Below are positions 1 through 9,201 of a stretch of DNA of 64,000 bases, piece by piece. The notes beneath the pieces were generated by a model. It was not told the DNA's origin. It saw only the letters and a program-made list of their open reading frames with translations, and made no database searches. The stretch comes from Clostridia bacterium (lineage in GTDB: Bacteria; Bacillota; Clostridia; Christensenellales; CAG-138), in contig JAFWOT010000027.1 in NCBI GenBank assembly GCA_017509785.1, positions 2,598-66,597 of the forward strand, written 5' to 3'. Position 1 is the first letter of the stretch. The number at the start of each line of letters is the position of its first letter. The position numbers and the translations under genes are program-made.

Positions 1-249
1 TCCGATCGCCTCATACACGTCGTAGAAGGTAATTTCAGACAAGTCCCTCGTCAGTTCAATTCCGCCAGTACCTCTTGCCACGTTGATCAGCCCGGCGTTT
101 TTGAGCTGCGTCAGGATCTTCCGTATGATGACCGGATTGGTGTTGATCGACCCGGCAAGAAAGTCGCTGGTGACCTTGTATTCATCCTTGAACACATCCA
201 CACAAGAAAAGATGTGCAAGGCAATTGTGAATCTACTTGAAATCTGCAT
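1..249 (-). CDS. Rrf2/BadM family transcriptional regulator, N-terminal part only (C-terminus lies beyond the window start)
   Basis: Own translation of the minus strand from ATG 249-247, with a GGAGG-type RBS at about 255-261: MQISSRFTIALHIFSCVDVFKDEYKVTSDFLAGSINTNPVIIRKILTQLKNAGLINVARGTGGIELTRDLSEITFYDVYEAIG. This is a typical Rrf2 winged-helix N-terminus. The frame is open to position 1. It is absent from the ORF track because no stop lies in the window. Confidence 0.75.
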   Translation of the reverse strand, partial: MQISSRFTIALHIFSCVDVFKDEYKVTSDFLAGSINTNPVIIRKILTQLKNAGLINVARGTGGIELTRDLSEITFYDVYEAIG

Positions 250-306
250 AGGTTCCCCTCCGTGAGAGTATTATACCGCAGAATTCATGTAAATTCAACG
301 GTTACA

Positions 307-1077
307 TTAAAACTTTCCGTTCGGATTCTGCCAGGTCTCTTTGGCAGCCAGTGTCTCCATCACGTCCCAATGCTCCGCGATAAAGCCGTTTTCAACACGG
401 AAGAGATCGTAATAGGTGGTCGGAACACCGCCGAAGGAGCCTTCGCTGCAGGCGAGAGCGTAGTCGCCGTCGGCAAGGACCATATGCGTCTTGTAATAGA
501 CCATCGAAATGCCCTGTTCCGCCATAGCCGCAAGAGCAGCACCGAGTCCGGAAAGACCGTCAGCGATGGAGATATTGTGCTGGATGTACTTGTCGCCGTC
601 GTAGTAGGAGGTCAGCTTTTCGGGATGCTCTCCGCGAAGCACGTCGCCTACGAATCCCGCAACGATGCGGCGAGTCTCTTCCTTATCGACGTCTTTCTTT
701 TCAAGCGTACCGTCGATCTGGGTGTGACCGGGAGGATTGGGATCAGCAACGTTCTGAAGATTGTCCCAATGCTCATCGATCTTGCCGTCGGCGTTGAAAT
801 GGAACACGTCAAACGCTACCTGTTCGCCCGCGCCGGCGAAATTGTAAACGGTCTGAAGGAAAACGCAGTCACCATCCTCGAAAGCGCGGATGTTGTTGAC
901 CGTCGTCTTTACGGGCGCCTGCTGAAGACCCGCGACCGCCGCCACGAATGCGTCGGCGCCGGTGCCGAAAGCGAGGTTGTGCTGCTTGTACTCGGGGGCA
1001 AGCAGAGACTTCGCCAGATCCAGATCTCCGGATACGAAAGTGCCGATCAGAGCCAGGGCTTTTTCTTTGTTAGTCAT
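307..1077 (-). CDS. NTF2/SnoaL-like protein with two tandem SnoaL-type halves; function unknown
   Basis: ORF 307..1329 trimmed to ATG 1077, which is preceded by a GGAGG RBS (1085-1091 on the plus strand). There is an internal duplication: each half ends in an EHWD motif (IDEHWDNLQ and IAEHWDVME) and carries Y(I/K)QHN. It lies directly upstream of, and is co-oriented with, the Rrf2 gene at 1-249. Confidence 0.6.
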   Translation of the reverse strand: MTNKEKALALIGTFVSGDLDLAKSLLAPEYKQHNLAFGTGADAFVAAVAGLQQAPVKTTVNNIRAFEDGDCVFLQTVYNFAGAGEQVAFDVFHFNADGKIDEHWDNLQNVADPNPPGHTQIDGTLEKKDVDKEETRRIVAGFVGDVLRGEHPEKLTSYYDGDKYIQHNISIADGLSGLGAALAAMAEQGISMVYYKTHMVLADGDYALACSEGSFGGVPTTYYDLFRVENGFIAEHWDVMETLAAKETWQNPNGKF

Positions 1078-1134
1078 AGTAGGATACCTCCGAAAATTCA
1101 TTTGATGTAACCACCGTGGTTTCATCTTGGCTGC

Positions 1135-1163
1135 AGTATAGCACGTCAGAGATGTAACGTCAA
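1135..1163 (-). promoter_or_regulatory. Sigma-70/SigA-type promoter for the SnoaL-like/Rrf2 operon
   Basis: On the minus strand: TTGACG (1163-1158), a 17-nt spacer, then TATACT (1140-1135). It lies about 60 nt upstream of the ATG at 1077. Confidence 0.5.
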
Positions 1164-1171
1164 TAGTTACA
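1153..1171. promoter_or_regulatory. 19-bp inverted repeat TGTAAC-N7-GTTACA overlapping the -35 box; candidate Rrf2 operator
   Basis: Perfect 6-bp arms at 1153-1158 and 1166-1171. The -35 hexamer lies inside the repeat. An Rrf2 regulator is encoded in the same operon. Confidence 0.35.
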
Positions 1172-1362
1172 ACAAATATATTTGATCCCTTTTTTGAAAA
1201 GAGAAGAAGCCCTCGGTTTTGTCTTGATGCCGCTGCCGAGGGTTTCGTGTTATCTGACGTATTCCTGCTGCAGGGCATAAAAAAACGGGCGCCGGAGCGC
1301 CGATCGACCGCTCCGAAGCCCGATTTCACTTTATTTTGCCCGTTTTACGCCCAAAATGCAAG

Positions 1363-1396
1363 AAAAAACCTCTCTTGTCTTGGCAGACAAAAGAGG
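1363..1396 (-). terminator. Rho-independent terminator downstream of tRNA-Ala
   Basis: Stem 1369-1380 pairs with 1385-1396 (12 bp, one mismatch) around loop TGGC. On the minus strand a run of six U follows (A 1363-1368 on plus). Confidence 0.75.
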
Positions 1397-1405
1397 TTTC
1401 TTTCA

Positions 1406-1482
1406 TGGTGGAGCTTACCGGATTCGAACCGGTGATCTCTACACTGCCAGTGTAGCGCGATAGCCAACTTCGCTAAAGCCCC
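1406..1482 (-). tRNA. tRNA-Ala (anticodon GGC), CCA encoded
   Basis: The reverse complement folds by hand into a cloverleaf: acceptor GGGGCTT/AAGCTCC with the G3:U70 alanine identity pair, D stem GCGA/TCGC, anticodon stem CTACA/TGTAG with loop CTGGCAG, and T arm ACCGG-TTCGAAT-CCGGT. Length 77 nt. Confidence 0.9.
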
Positions 1483-1554
1483 AAGGCGCTTTTCAAACTG
1501 CTTTGCTATTATACGCCAGCAAAACGGATTTGTAAAGCCCTTATTTAAAGTATA

Positions 1555-3981
1555 TTATTCCGCGCCGACGACCACGTCGTCAAGCAGGGCCATTACCATT
1601 AGCTGACCCTTACCGCTCCTCGATTCGATCTTGACCTCCTCGGAATTGACGGAGGTCTTCGTGCCGTGGGCCTGGGTGACGATTATATCGCGCGGCCGGG
1701 TAACGTGGGTGGCGGCGACTATCTCCGTTCCGTTGGAGCCGTTCTTCTTGAAGCCGAAGCAAATGCATCCCTTGCCGTTTCTTCCCTGAAGGTCGTGGTC
1801 GAATATGAAGCTGCGCTTCATGTAGCCGCGGTCGGTGACCGTCAGCAGCTCGCCCTCCTCGCTGACGGAGTGACCGTAGACCACGGAATCGCCGTCCTCG
1901 AGCTTCATCCCGTGAACGCCGCCCGTCTGGCGCCCCGTCACGGGGACGGAGGCGATATCGAACCTTATGCCCATACCGTGTTTTGAAACGAGCATTATGC
2001 TGAGCTCGGTCTCGTCGGCGACGTATTCATAGCCGATGAGCGTATCGTCCTTCAGATTTATGGCGGCGACGCGCTTCGTCCTTGTGAGATACTCCTCCGC
2101 GGCGGTGGACTTGACCATGCCGTTCGCGGTATAGAATATGAATCTTCCGGTCTTCTCCCCGTCGATGAAGGAGCCGATGACCTTCTCGCCGTTCTCAACG
2201 GGAATGAGCGCGGAGAGGTTCGTGGGCTTGGCGGTCAGCTTCGTTTCGGGTATGTCGGAAACGGCGAGCGAGAGCATGGCGCCCCGATCCGTGAACATGC
2301 GAAGGGTCGAGCTCGTCATTGTCTTGTACGCGGCTGCGGCGTTTTCCGAAGCCTCGACCTCGTCGGAGAGGAGCTTTAACGGCATGCGGCGGAGTCTGTT
2401 CTCCGGCAGGACGAGCACGGCTGTCGGCTCGTCGAGAGTGACGGGCTCCTCCGTCTCCTCCTCGCCGCCTTCCTCGGAGATGAGCTGGGTCCTGCGCGGG
2501 TCGGCGTATTTGGCGGATATCTCGGTGAGCTCGTCGATTATGAGCTTATCGAGCTTCTTCTTTGAGGCGAGAAGGCCCTTCAGCCTCGCTATCTCCTTTT
2601 GGAGATCGGCGTGCTCGCGCTCGATGGCGATCTGCTCGAGATTCGTCAGGCGCTGCAGACGAAGGTCGAGTATGGCGTCCGCCTGTACCGCGGTGAGTTC
2701 GAACCGCTCCATCAGGCCCTGCTTTGCGATCTTCGGGGATTTTGAGGCGCGTATGAGGGCTATGACCTCGTCGATATTGAGAAGCGCGATCAGGAGGCCG
2801 TCGAGTATGTGAGCGCGGTGCTCGGCGGATTCGAGCTCGTTCTTCGTGCGGCGGGTCACGACGTCCTCCTGATAGCGGACGTAGTGATCGATCAGCTCTA
2901 TGAGCGAGAGCTGCCTGGGCTTGCCCTCCGCGATGGCGACCATTATGACGCCGAAGGTCCTCTCGAGATCGGAATACTTGAATAGCTGCTTTAATATCTT
3001 CTGCTCGTCCGCGTCCTTCTTCAGCTCTATGACCGCCCTTATCCCGTGCCTGTCGGATTCGTCCCTTATGTCGGTGACGTTCTGGAATGCCGATCTCTTC
3101 TCCTGAACGAGCTTCAGTATCCCCTCGAGCGCCCTCGCCTTATTGACCTGATACGGGAACTCGGTGACGACTATGAGCTTCCTGCCGTTCTTCAGGGTCT
3201 CAACGTGGGTCTTCGCCCTGTTGCGGAGCTTGCCGCGGCCCGTGGCGTAGGCGTTCCGTATCTCCTCGGACTTTATGATATAGCCCCCCGTCGGGAAATC
3301 GGGGCAGGGCATTATCTTCATCAGCTCGTCGAGAGATATCTTCGGATCCTTTATCCTGGCGATGACGGCGTCGATGGCCTCCTTGGGATTATGGGTCGGG
3401 ATGGACGTCGTGAGGCCGACCGCGATACCGTTGGCTCCGTTTATGAGCAGGTTCGGGAACCTGCCCGGGAGCATCTCGGGTTCCTTCAGCGTATCGGAGA
3501 AGTTGAGGCAGAATTTGACCGTGTCCTTGTCTATGTCGCGCACCATGTCCATGGCAGCGGGAGCCATCCTGACCTCGGTGTAGCGCATGGCGGCGGCGGA
3601 ATCGCCGTCGATGGAACCGAAGTTGCCGTGCCCGTCGACGAGCGGAAGGCGCATATTGAAATCCTGCGCCATGCGCACCATCGCGTCATAGACGGAGCTG
3701 TCACCGTGCGGGTGGAATTTACCGAGGCAGTCGCCGACTATACGCGCCGACTTCCTGTGGGGCTTATCGGGCGTGTTGCCGAGCTCGAGCATCGTGTAGA
3801 GTATGCGGCGCTGAACGGGCTTCAGGCCGTCCTCGACCCTCGGTAGAGCGCGTTCAAGAATAACGTGCTCCGCATATGGGAGCATGGAATTGTGCATCAC
3901 GTCGTCCATGCTGACGACGTTGAAGATCTCCGTCCTCGTGTCGAAGCCTATCTGATCGTTGTCCTTACCCTTCCTTGCCAT
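1555..3981 (-). CDS. Type IIA DNA topoisomerase subunit A (ParC/GyrA family; ParC-like)
   Basis: 808 aa. Motifs [35 protein letters not shown], and the catalytic Tyr context [11 protein letters not shown]. It has a beta-pinwheel type C-terminal domain. I could not find a GyrA-box (QRRGGKG), hence ParC-like. Confidence 0.9.
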   Translation of the reverse strand: MARKGKDNDQIGFDTRTEIFNVVSMDDVMHNSMLPYAEHVILERALPRVEDGLKPVQRRILYTMLELGNTPDKPHRKSARIVGDCLGKFHPHGDSSVYDAMVRMAQDFNMRLPLVDGHGNFGSIDGDSAAAMRYTEVRMAPAAMDMVRDIDKDTVKFCLNFSDTLKEPEMLPGRFPNLLINGANGIAVGLTTSIPTHNPKEAIDAVIARIKDPKISLDELMKIMPCPDFPTGGYIIKSEEIRNAYATGRGKLRNRAKTHVETLKNGRKLIVVTEFPYQVNKARALEGILKLVQEKRSAFQNVTDIRDESDRHGIRAVIELKKDADEQKILKQLFKYSDLERTFGVIMVAIAEGKPRQLSLIELIDHYVRYQEDVVTRRTKNELESAEHRAHILDGLLIALLNIDEVIALIRASKSPKIAKQGLMERFELTAVQADAILDLRLQRLTNLEQIAIEREHADLQKEIARLKGLLASKKKLDKLIIDELTEISAKYADPRRTQLISEEGGEEETEEPVTLDEPTAVLVLPENRLRRMPLKLLSDEVEASENAAAAYKTMTSSTLRMFTDRGAMLSLAVSDIPETKLTAKPTNLSALIPVENGEKVIGSFIDGEKTGRFIFYTANGMVKSTAAEEYLTRTKRVAAINLKDDTLIGYEYVADETELSIMLVSKHGMGIRFDIASVPVTGRQTGGVHGMKLEDGDSVVYGHSVSEEGELLTVTDRGYMKRSFIFDHDLQGRNGKGCICFGFKKNGSNGTEIVAATHVTRPRDIIVTQAHGTKTSVNSEEVKIESRSGKGQLMVMALLDDVVVGAE

Positions 3982-4637
3982 CAGTTACCTCTGAGTATGC
4001 TTATCATTTCGGCCCTGTCGGGAGCCTTGAATACGGCGTTCCCGGCGACGAGCACGTTCGCGCCCGCGTCACGGCAGAGCTTCGCCGTCTTTTCGTTCAC
4101 TCCCCCGTCGACCTCGATGAACGGGTCGAGCCCGCGCTTGGCGCACATGTTCCTTATTCGCTCGATCTTCGGCAGGACGGCGTCGATGAACTTCTGCCCG
4201 CCGAAGCCGGGATTGACGCTCATGACGAGTATGAGGTCGGCGTCATCCAGCAGGTACTCTATATCGTTCTCGCTCGTCGCGGGATTGAGAGCGACGCCCG
4301 CCTTTTTGCCGAGGCTCCTGATGAGCTGCAGAGTCCTGTGCGCGTGGGGATCCGCCTCGCGGTGGATCGTGATCACGTCCGCGCCCGCCTCAGCAAACGC
4401 GGGGACCCACTTTGCGGGCTCCGCCACCATGAGGTGCGCGTCGAAAACGAGGCCGCTCACCGGGCGCAGAGCGCGGCACATCGGCGCGCCGAAAGTGATG
4501 TTGGGGACGAAATGCCCGTCCATTATATCGAGATGCACCCAATCCGCCTCGAGTGCGGAGAGCGCCTCCACCTCGCTGCCGAGCCTTGTGAAATCCGCCG
4601 AGAGTATCGACGGCGCGATCAGGATCCTGTCAGTCAT
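3981..4637 (-). CDS. rpe: Ribulose-phosphate 3-epimerase
   Basis: 218 aa: [10 protein letters not shown]...[16 protein letters not shown]...[12 protein letters not shown]. Confidence 0.93.
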   Translation of the reverse strand: MTDRILIAPSILSADFTRLGSEVEALSALEADWVHLDIMDGHFVPNITFGAPMCRALRPVSGLVFDAHLMVAEPAKWVPAFAEAGADVITIHREADPHAHRTLQLIRSLGKKAGVALNPATSENDIEYLLDDADLILVMSVNPGFGGQKFIDAVLPKIERIRNMCAKRGLDPFIEVDGGVNEKTAKLCRDAGANVLVAGNAVFKAPDRAEMISILRGN

Positions 4638-5535
4638 ATCTGTGCCTCCTTGCTTCTATCGATTCCTTTGCTATTTTAACGTAACGTGCGTAGCGTTCCC
4701 CGTTTATGCGCCCCTCCGCGACGGCGGCCTTCACGGCACAGTCGGGCTCCGATATATGCATGCAGCCTATGAAGCGGCAGCAGCCGTTGTATTCGGCGAA
4801 TTCCGGATACATCAGCGGGATCTCCTCCGGCTCGGCGGGAATGCTCTCGAGCATCGAAAACCCCGGGGTATCGGCGAGGAGCCCGCCCGAAGGGGTCGGT
4901 ATGAGCTCGGCATGGCGCGTCGTATGGCGGCCGCGCTCCGTCTTTTTGGAGAGCTCTCCCGTTTCGAGATCCAGCCCGAGGAGAGCGTTTATGAGCGAAG
5001 ATTTCCCCACCGCCGACTGCCCTGCAAGGCAGATGACGGAACCGGAGAGCAGCTCCGCCAGTGCGTCCATGCCGTATCCCGTTCTTGCGGAAACGGCGGC
5101 TGCCGATCCGACCGCGCCCGCGTACTGCTCCCGTATTGCGGCGGCTTCGCGGCTCTCGCCCGAATCGCATTTATTGATGACGAGCACGGGCCTTATGCCC
5201 TGCTTCGCGCAGTAGAGCAGGAGCTTGTCGCAGAGCTCGAGATCCGGCTGCGGCTCGGAAGCCGAAACCGCTATGAGCAGCATATCGACGTTGGCTACCG
5301 CGGGGCGGAGCAGCTCGTTCCGCCTCGGGAGAATGTCCTTCAGATAGCCCTCCTGCCTGCCGTTAACGGTGAATTCCACGGCGTCGCCGGGAAGCGGAGT
5401 CTTCCCCTGCCTGCGGAAAAGCCCGCGCGCCTTGCAGACGACCCGCTCGTTTTCCGGAGTGAGTACGGTGTAGAACCCGCCAACGCCCTTTATTATCCTG
5501 CCGGTGCGTTCCCTTTCCAAGCTTGCCCCCGTCAT
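4630..5535 (-). CDS. rsgA: Ribosome small-subunit-dependent GTPase A
   Basis: 301 aa with circularly permuted GTPase motifs VINKCD, GQSAVGKSSLINAL and DTPGF, plus the C-terminal Cys/His cluster CRFIGCMHISEPDC. Confidence 0.92.
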   Translation of the reverse strand: MTGASLERERTGRIIKGVGGFYTVLTPENERVVCKARGLFRRQGKTPLPGDAVEFTVNGRQEGYLKDILPRRNELLRPAVANVDMLLIAVSASEPQPDLELCDKLLLYCAKQGIRPVLVINKCDSGESREAAAIREQYAGAVGSAAAVSARTGYGMDALAELLSGSVICLAGQSAVGKSSLINALLGLDLETGELSKKTERGRHTTRHAELIPTPSGGLLADTPGFSMLESIPAEPEEIPLMYPEFAEYNGCCRFIGCMHISEPDCAVKAAVAEGRINGERYARYVKIAKESIEARRHRYD

Positions 5536-7436
5536 TCGAAATTCCTTATGAAGGTGGTGTCAACGGCTCCGTTGACGTAGATTATGCAGGTGTAGCTGCC
5601 CTTCTGCCAGTAATGCCCCGTGAACGCGAGAGTCGTGGAGCCCGCCGGGTACTCGCCCCTGTGCAGGACGATCTCGCCTGTCGGAGTCAGCATAACGACC
5701 GAGACGTCGTTCTTCTCATTGGAGAGGGTCAGGTTGTTGGCGAAATCGGCGGTGTATACGCCCGCGTCCTCGCGGTAGATCGTGAGCACCGCCTTTATCG
5801 TGTCGCCTATAACGTCGATCCCACCCGTCGGGCTCTGGGAAACGACGGCATTGTTCGCGAAGCGGCGGGAAAGCTCCTCGTTCGTGTCGACGACTATGCA
5901 GTAATTCTCCAGCCCGGCTTTCCCGAGCCTATCGACGGCTTCGGCAATATCGAGCCCGACGACGTTCGGCATGCTGACGCTCGCCTGGGCCGGGTCTCCG
6001 CACACGGTTATGCTGACCGACTCGCCCACCATAAGGGTCTCGCCGGGCTTGGTGCTCTGCTGTATGACGGTGCCGACGGGGTGATCGTTATCCATGTAAT
6101 ACTCGATCCTGCTGTCGAGCGTGAGCTCCGCCGCGCGAAGGGCGCGCTCGGCCTCCTCGACTGTCCTGCCGAGAAGATCCGGCACGGTGCGCAGCTCGTT
6201 CCCCGTGCTGACGGTTACGCGTATCACCGCGCCCTTATCGGCCTTCGATTGGGCGGGAGGATCCTGATCGCAGATCTCGCCCTCGGCATATTCGTCGGAG
6301 GGCTCGCTCCCGCTGACCTCTACCGTGAACTCGCGGTTCTCGGCAAATTCCCTCGCCGACTGCACGGTGTAACCGAGCAGGTTCGGCACCTTGCTGCCGT
6401 GGTCGTCTATCTTCGACATCGAGATAAGGAACATGACTATGAACACGGCGATTATGCCGACGACCGCCCCTATTATGGCGAAATGCGGCAGATGCTCGCG
6501 CAGATAGCCGCGCCTGTTTTCATCATCCGCGTTCGGGGAGGCCTGCTCCATCCTCCGGAGCTCCTCCTTTTGAAACTTTGCGAACCTCGAAAGCGGGTTC
6601 CTGAGAGCGCGCTTCAGATCGTTTCGCATTATCTCCGCCGAGGCGTAGCGCACGGAACGATCCTTTGCGGTGGCCCTTGCTATGACGTCGCTCAGGGCGA
6701 CGCTGATCCTGTCGTCAACGTCGTGAAGCGGCTTGATATCGTCGTTGATGTGTTTCAGGGCGATCTGCACCGCGTTCTCCCCCGTGTAGGGAGGCTCGCC
6801 GGTCAGCATCTCGTAGAGCATTACGCCGACGGAGTAGAGATCCGTCTGCGCTCCGACGAGCTCGCCCTTGGCCTGCTCCGGGGAGATATAGTAGACGGAG
6901 CCCATCGCCTCGCCGCCCTCGTAGGTCTTGGTGGTGCTGCCGGCGAATTTGGCGATGCCGAAATCGGTGAGCTTTATGACTCCCTCCTCCGTCATCATTA
7001 TGTTCTGGGGCTTGACGTCGCGGTGTATGAGCCCCATCTTATGCGCGTGGGCAAGGCCGTCCAGCACGTCGCAGGCGATCGCGACGGCCTCCTTCGGTTC
7101 GAGCCTGCCGACGTCGTCCATGTATTCGCGGAGGGTCCTTCCGTTTACGAATTCGAGCACGAGATAGTGCACGTCCCCCTCGTTGCCCATATTGTAGAGG
7201 GAAACGACGTGATCGTTCTTCAGCGAGACCATCGCCTGCGCCTCGCGCGAGAGGCGGCGCAGGTACTGCGGATCGCGGCTGTACTCGTCCTTCAATACCT
7301 TGATCGCGACGATCCTTCCCTCTTCGACCAGGTCGAACGCCTCGTAAACGTCCGCCATGCCGCCCGAGCCGACCTTGCGGACTATGCGGTATCTTTCGTT
7401 GAGTATCCTGTTAAGCACGGCGGGCCACCCCCTCAT
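5532..7436 (-). CDS. prkC: Ser/Thr protein kinase with extracellular PASTA repeats (PrkC/Stk1 type)
   Basis: 634 aa with Hanks kinase motifs GSGGMADVY, HRDVKPQNIM and DFGIA, a central TM segment (FAIIGAVVGIIAVFIVMFLI), and repeated PASTA-like modules. The start is uncertain: ATG 7436 or in-frame GTG 7418. Confidence 0.92.
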   Translation of the reverse strand: MRGWPAVLNRILNERYRIVRKVGSGGMADVYEAFDLVEEGRIVAIKVLKDEYSRDPQYLRRLSREAQAMVSLKNDHVVSLYNMGNEGDVHYLVLEFVNGRTLREYMDDVGRLEPKEAVAIACDVLDGLAHAHKMGLIHRDVKPQNIMMTEEGVIKLTDFGIAKFAGSTTKTYEGGEAMGSVYYISPEQAKGELVGAQTDLYSVGVMLYEMLTGEPPYTGENAVQIALKHINDDIKPLHDVDDRISVALSDVIARATAKDRSVRYASAEIMRNDLKRALRNPLSRFAKFQKEELRRMEQASPNADDENRRGYLREHLPHFAIIGAVVGIIAVFIVMFLISMSKIDDHGSKVPNLLGYTVQSAREFAENREFTVEVSGSEPSDEYAEGEICDQDPPAQSKADKGAVIRVTVSTGNELRTVPDLLGRTVEEAERALRAAELTLDSRIEYYMDNDHPVGTVIQQSTKPGETLMVGESVSITVCGDPAQASVSMPNVVGLDIAEAVDRLGKAGLENYCIVVDTNEELSRRFANNAVVSQSPTGGIDVIGDTIKAVLTIYREDAGVYTADFANNLTLSNEKNDVSVVMLTPTGEIVLHRGEYPAGSTTLAFTGHYWQKGSYTCIIYVNGAVDTTFIRNFE

Positions 7437-8145
7437 TCTTCACGAGGACGACCGTGATATTGTCGGTCGAACCGAGCTCCAGCGCGAGCTCCGCCAGCTT
7501 ATCGCAGGCTTCGGGCAGATCCGCCGAGCCGAGGAGCACCCTCTCCATATCCCTGTCGTCGACCGTGCCGCAGAGCCCGTCCGAGCAGAGCATCAGCACG
7601 TCTCCGTCCTTCCAGCTCTTCACGCCGACGTCGGCCTTCTCGAATCTCGACGTGCCGACAGCCCTCGTCACGAGGTTCCTCTGCGGGTGATCCTTCGCCT
7701 GCTCCTCGGTTATGAGGCCGGAGGAAACGAGCTCCTGCACGTAGGAATGATCCCGCGTGACGCGGCGGAGCCGCTGCCCGTCAAAATGATAGAGCCTGCT
7801 GTCGCCGATGTTGGCGACGGTGTATTTGTTCCTTTCGAGCAGAGCCATGACTACGGTCGTCCCCATGCCGGTGCAGCGGTCGTCGGTCATCGCAAGGTCG
7901 AATATATCGCGGTTCGCGTCGTTTACCGCCTGGCGAAGGAGGGAGATGCTGCTGAGCCCTTCATCGGAAGAATCCATGAAGCGGACGATCCTTTCGACCG
8001 CCATGCCGCTCGCGATCTCGCCCGCGCGGTGGCCGCCCATTCCGTCCGCCACTATGACGACGGGGAGCGCACCCTCCGCGGGAACGTAGAACGAATCCTC
8101 ATTGTGTTTTCTCGCGCCCTTATCCGAGCGATAGGCGTATATCAT
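7411..8145 (-). CDS. stp: PP2C-family Ser/Thr phosphatase (Stp/PrpC)
   Basis: ORF trimmed to ATG 8145 (RBS GGAGGA). Motifs: MIYAYRSDKGARKHNEDSF, DGMGGHRAGE, and DNITVVLV at the C-terminus. Paired with prkC as in other Firmicutes. Confidence 0.9.
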   Translation of the reverse strand: MIYAYRSDKGARKHNEDSFYVPAEGALPVVIVADGMGGHRAGEIASGMAVERIVRFMDSSDEGLSSISLLRQAVNDANRDIFDLAMTDDRCTGMGTTVVMALLERNKYTVANIGDSRLYHFDGQRLRRVTRDHSYVQELVSSGLITEEQAKDHPQRNLVTRAVGTSRFEKADVGVKSWKDGDVLMLCSDGLCGTVDDRDMERVLLGSADLPEACDKLAELALELGSTDNITVVLVKNEGVARRA

Positions 8146-9200
8146 GCTTCCTCCTTGGTTTGGGAACCGATGTGCTTGTTTCGCAGCTGACCGCACGCGC
8201 CGTCGATATCGGTGCCGAGTTCGCGCCTTACCGTGGCGGAGACGCGCAGCCTGCCGAGCAGGGCGGCGAATTCCGCGGCTTTTTTGCGGGTGACGCCCGA
8301 AAGACAGCGCTCCTCAACGCTGTTGAGCGGGATGAGATTTACGTGGCAGTTGATCCCCCGAAGGAGCCGCGCAAGCTCGCGGGCGTCCTCCTCCGAGGAA
8401 TTGACCCCCTCTATGAGGGCGTATTCGAATATCACGCGCCTGCCGGTCACGTCGGCGTAATGCTTCGCCGCGGGGATGAGCTCCGAGAGCGAATAGGCGT
8501 TGGCTATCGGCATCGTCTTCCTGCGGAGCTCGTCGTTCGGCGCGTGGAGCGAGATGCAGAGCGTTATATGCGGAGCGTCCTCCGTAAAGCTGTATATCTT
8601 CGGGACTATCCCGCAGGTCGAGACCGAGATGTTCCTCGGGCTGATGCCGAGGCCGTCCGCGGCCGTCGCCCTCTCAAGGAACCTCAGCGTGTTTTCGTAA
8701 TTGTCAAGCGGTTCCCCGCAGCCCATCATGACTATGTTCGTGACTGTGCGCTTGCGGTCCTCCGCGGCGGGGATGAGCCTTTCGACGGAGGTCACCTCGG
8801 AGAGCATCTCCCCGGCGGTGAGATCGCGCACCTTGCCGTTTAAAGTCGAAGCGCAGAACGCGCAGCCCATGCGGCAGCCGACCTGGCTCGAAATACAGAG
8901 CGTGTTCCCGTAGGAATAGCTCATCAGAACGCCCTCGACTATGTTCCCGTCGGCGAGCTCATAGAGGAACTTCTGCGTCTCGTCCCTCTTCGAAAACTTT
9001 CTTTCGATTATTTTCGCTCCGCCGAAAGGTATCGCGGAGAGCTTCTCCTTGAGGGACGCGGGCACGTTCGTCATCCCCTCCGGGGCGACTCCGCGCGCGA
9101 GCCAGGAAAGCACCTGCTTTGCGCGGAACTTCGGCTCGCCGAGCTCCGCCATCAGGGCGGTGAGCTCTTCGATATTCATTGATGCGAGATCGTTTGCCAT
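8142..9200 (-). CDS. rlmN: 23S rRNA (adenine2503-C2)/tRNA methyltransferase, radical SAM
   Basis: 352 aa with the CxxxCxxC motif CRMGCAFC, MGCGEPLDN, and a conserved C-terminal Cys (DGACGQL). Confidence 0.92.
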   Translation of the reverse strand: MANDLASMNIEELTALMAELGEPKFRAKQVLSWLARGVAPEGMTNVPASLKEKLSAIPFGGAKIIERKFSKRDETQKFLYELADGNIVEGVLMSYSYGNTLCISSQVGCRMGCAFCASTLNGKVRDLTAGEMLSEVTSVERLIPAAEDRKRTVTNIVMMGCGEPLDNYENTLRFLERATAADGLGISPRNISVSTCGIVPKIYSFTEDAPHITLCISLHAPNDELRRKTMPIANAYSLSELIPAAKHYADVTGRRVIFEYALIEGVNSSEEDARELARLLRGINCHVNLIPLNSVEERCLSGVTRKKAAEFAALLGRLRVSATVRRELGTDIDGACGQLRNKHIGSQTKEEA

Positions 9201-9201
9201 T

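Noticed and set aside
1196-1360. Several hairpins in the 330-nt spacer between tRNA-Ala and the SnoaL-like gene (for example CCCTCGG...CCGAGGG 1211-1243 and CGGAGCG...CGCTCCG 1294-1316), as a possible small RNA
   Set aside because: The loops are large or the stems short. I recognise no known RNA family, and there is no clear promoter-terminator pair. The evidence is insufficient to call an ncRNA without expression or covariation data.
5523-7457. 644-aa plus-strand ORF opposite prkC. Similar long antisense ORFs lie at 3865-5580, 9049-10437, 27239-28609, 41912-43396, 59950-61188 and 15060-16187, among others.
   Set aside because: Each lies opposite a confidently identified housekeeping gene. 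All have biased Arg/Ala/Gly/Pro composition and lack start-site signals. They are GC-driven shadow ORFs.
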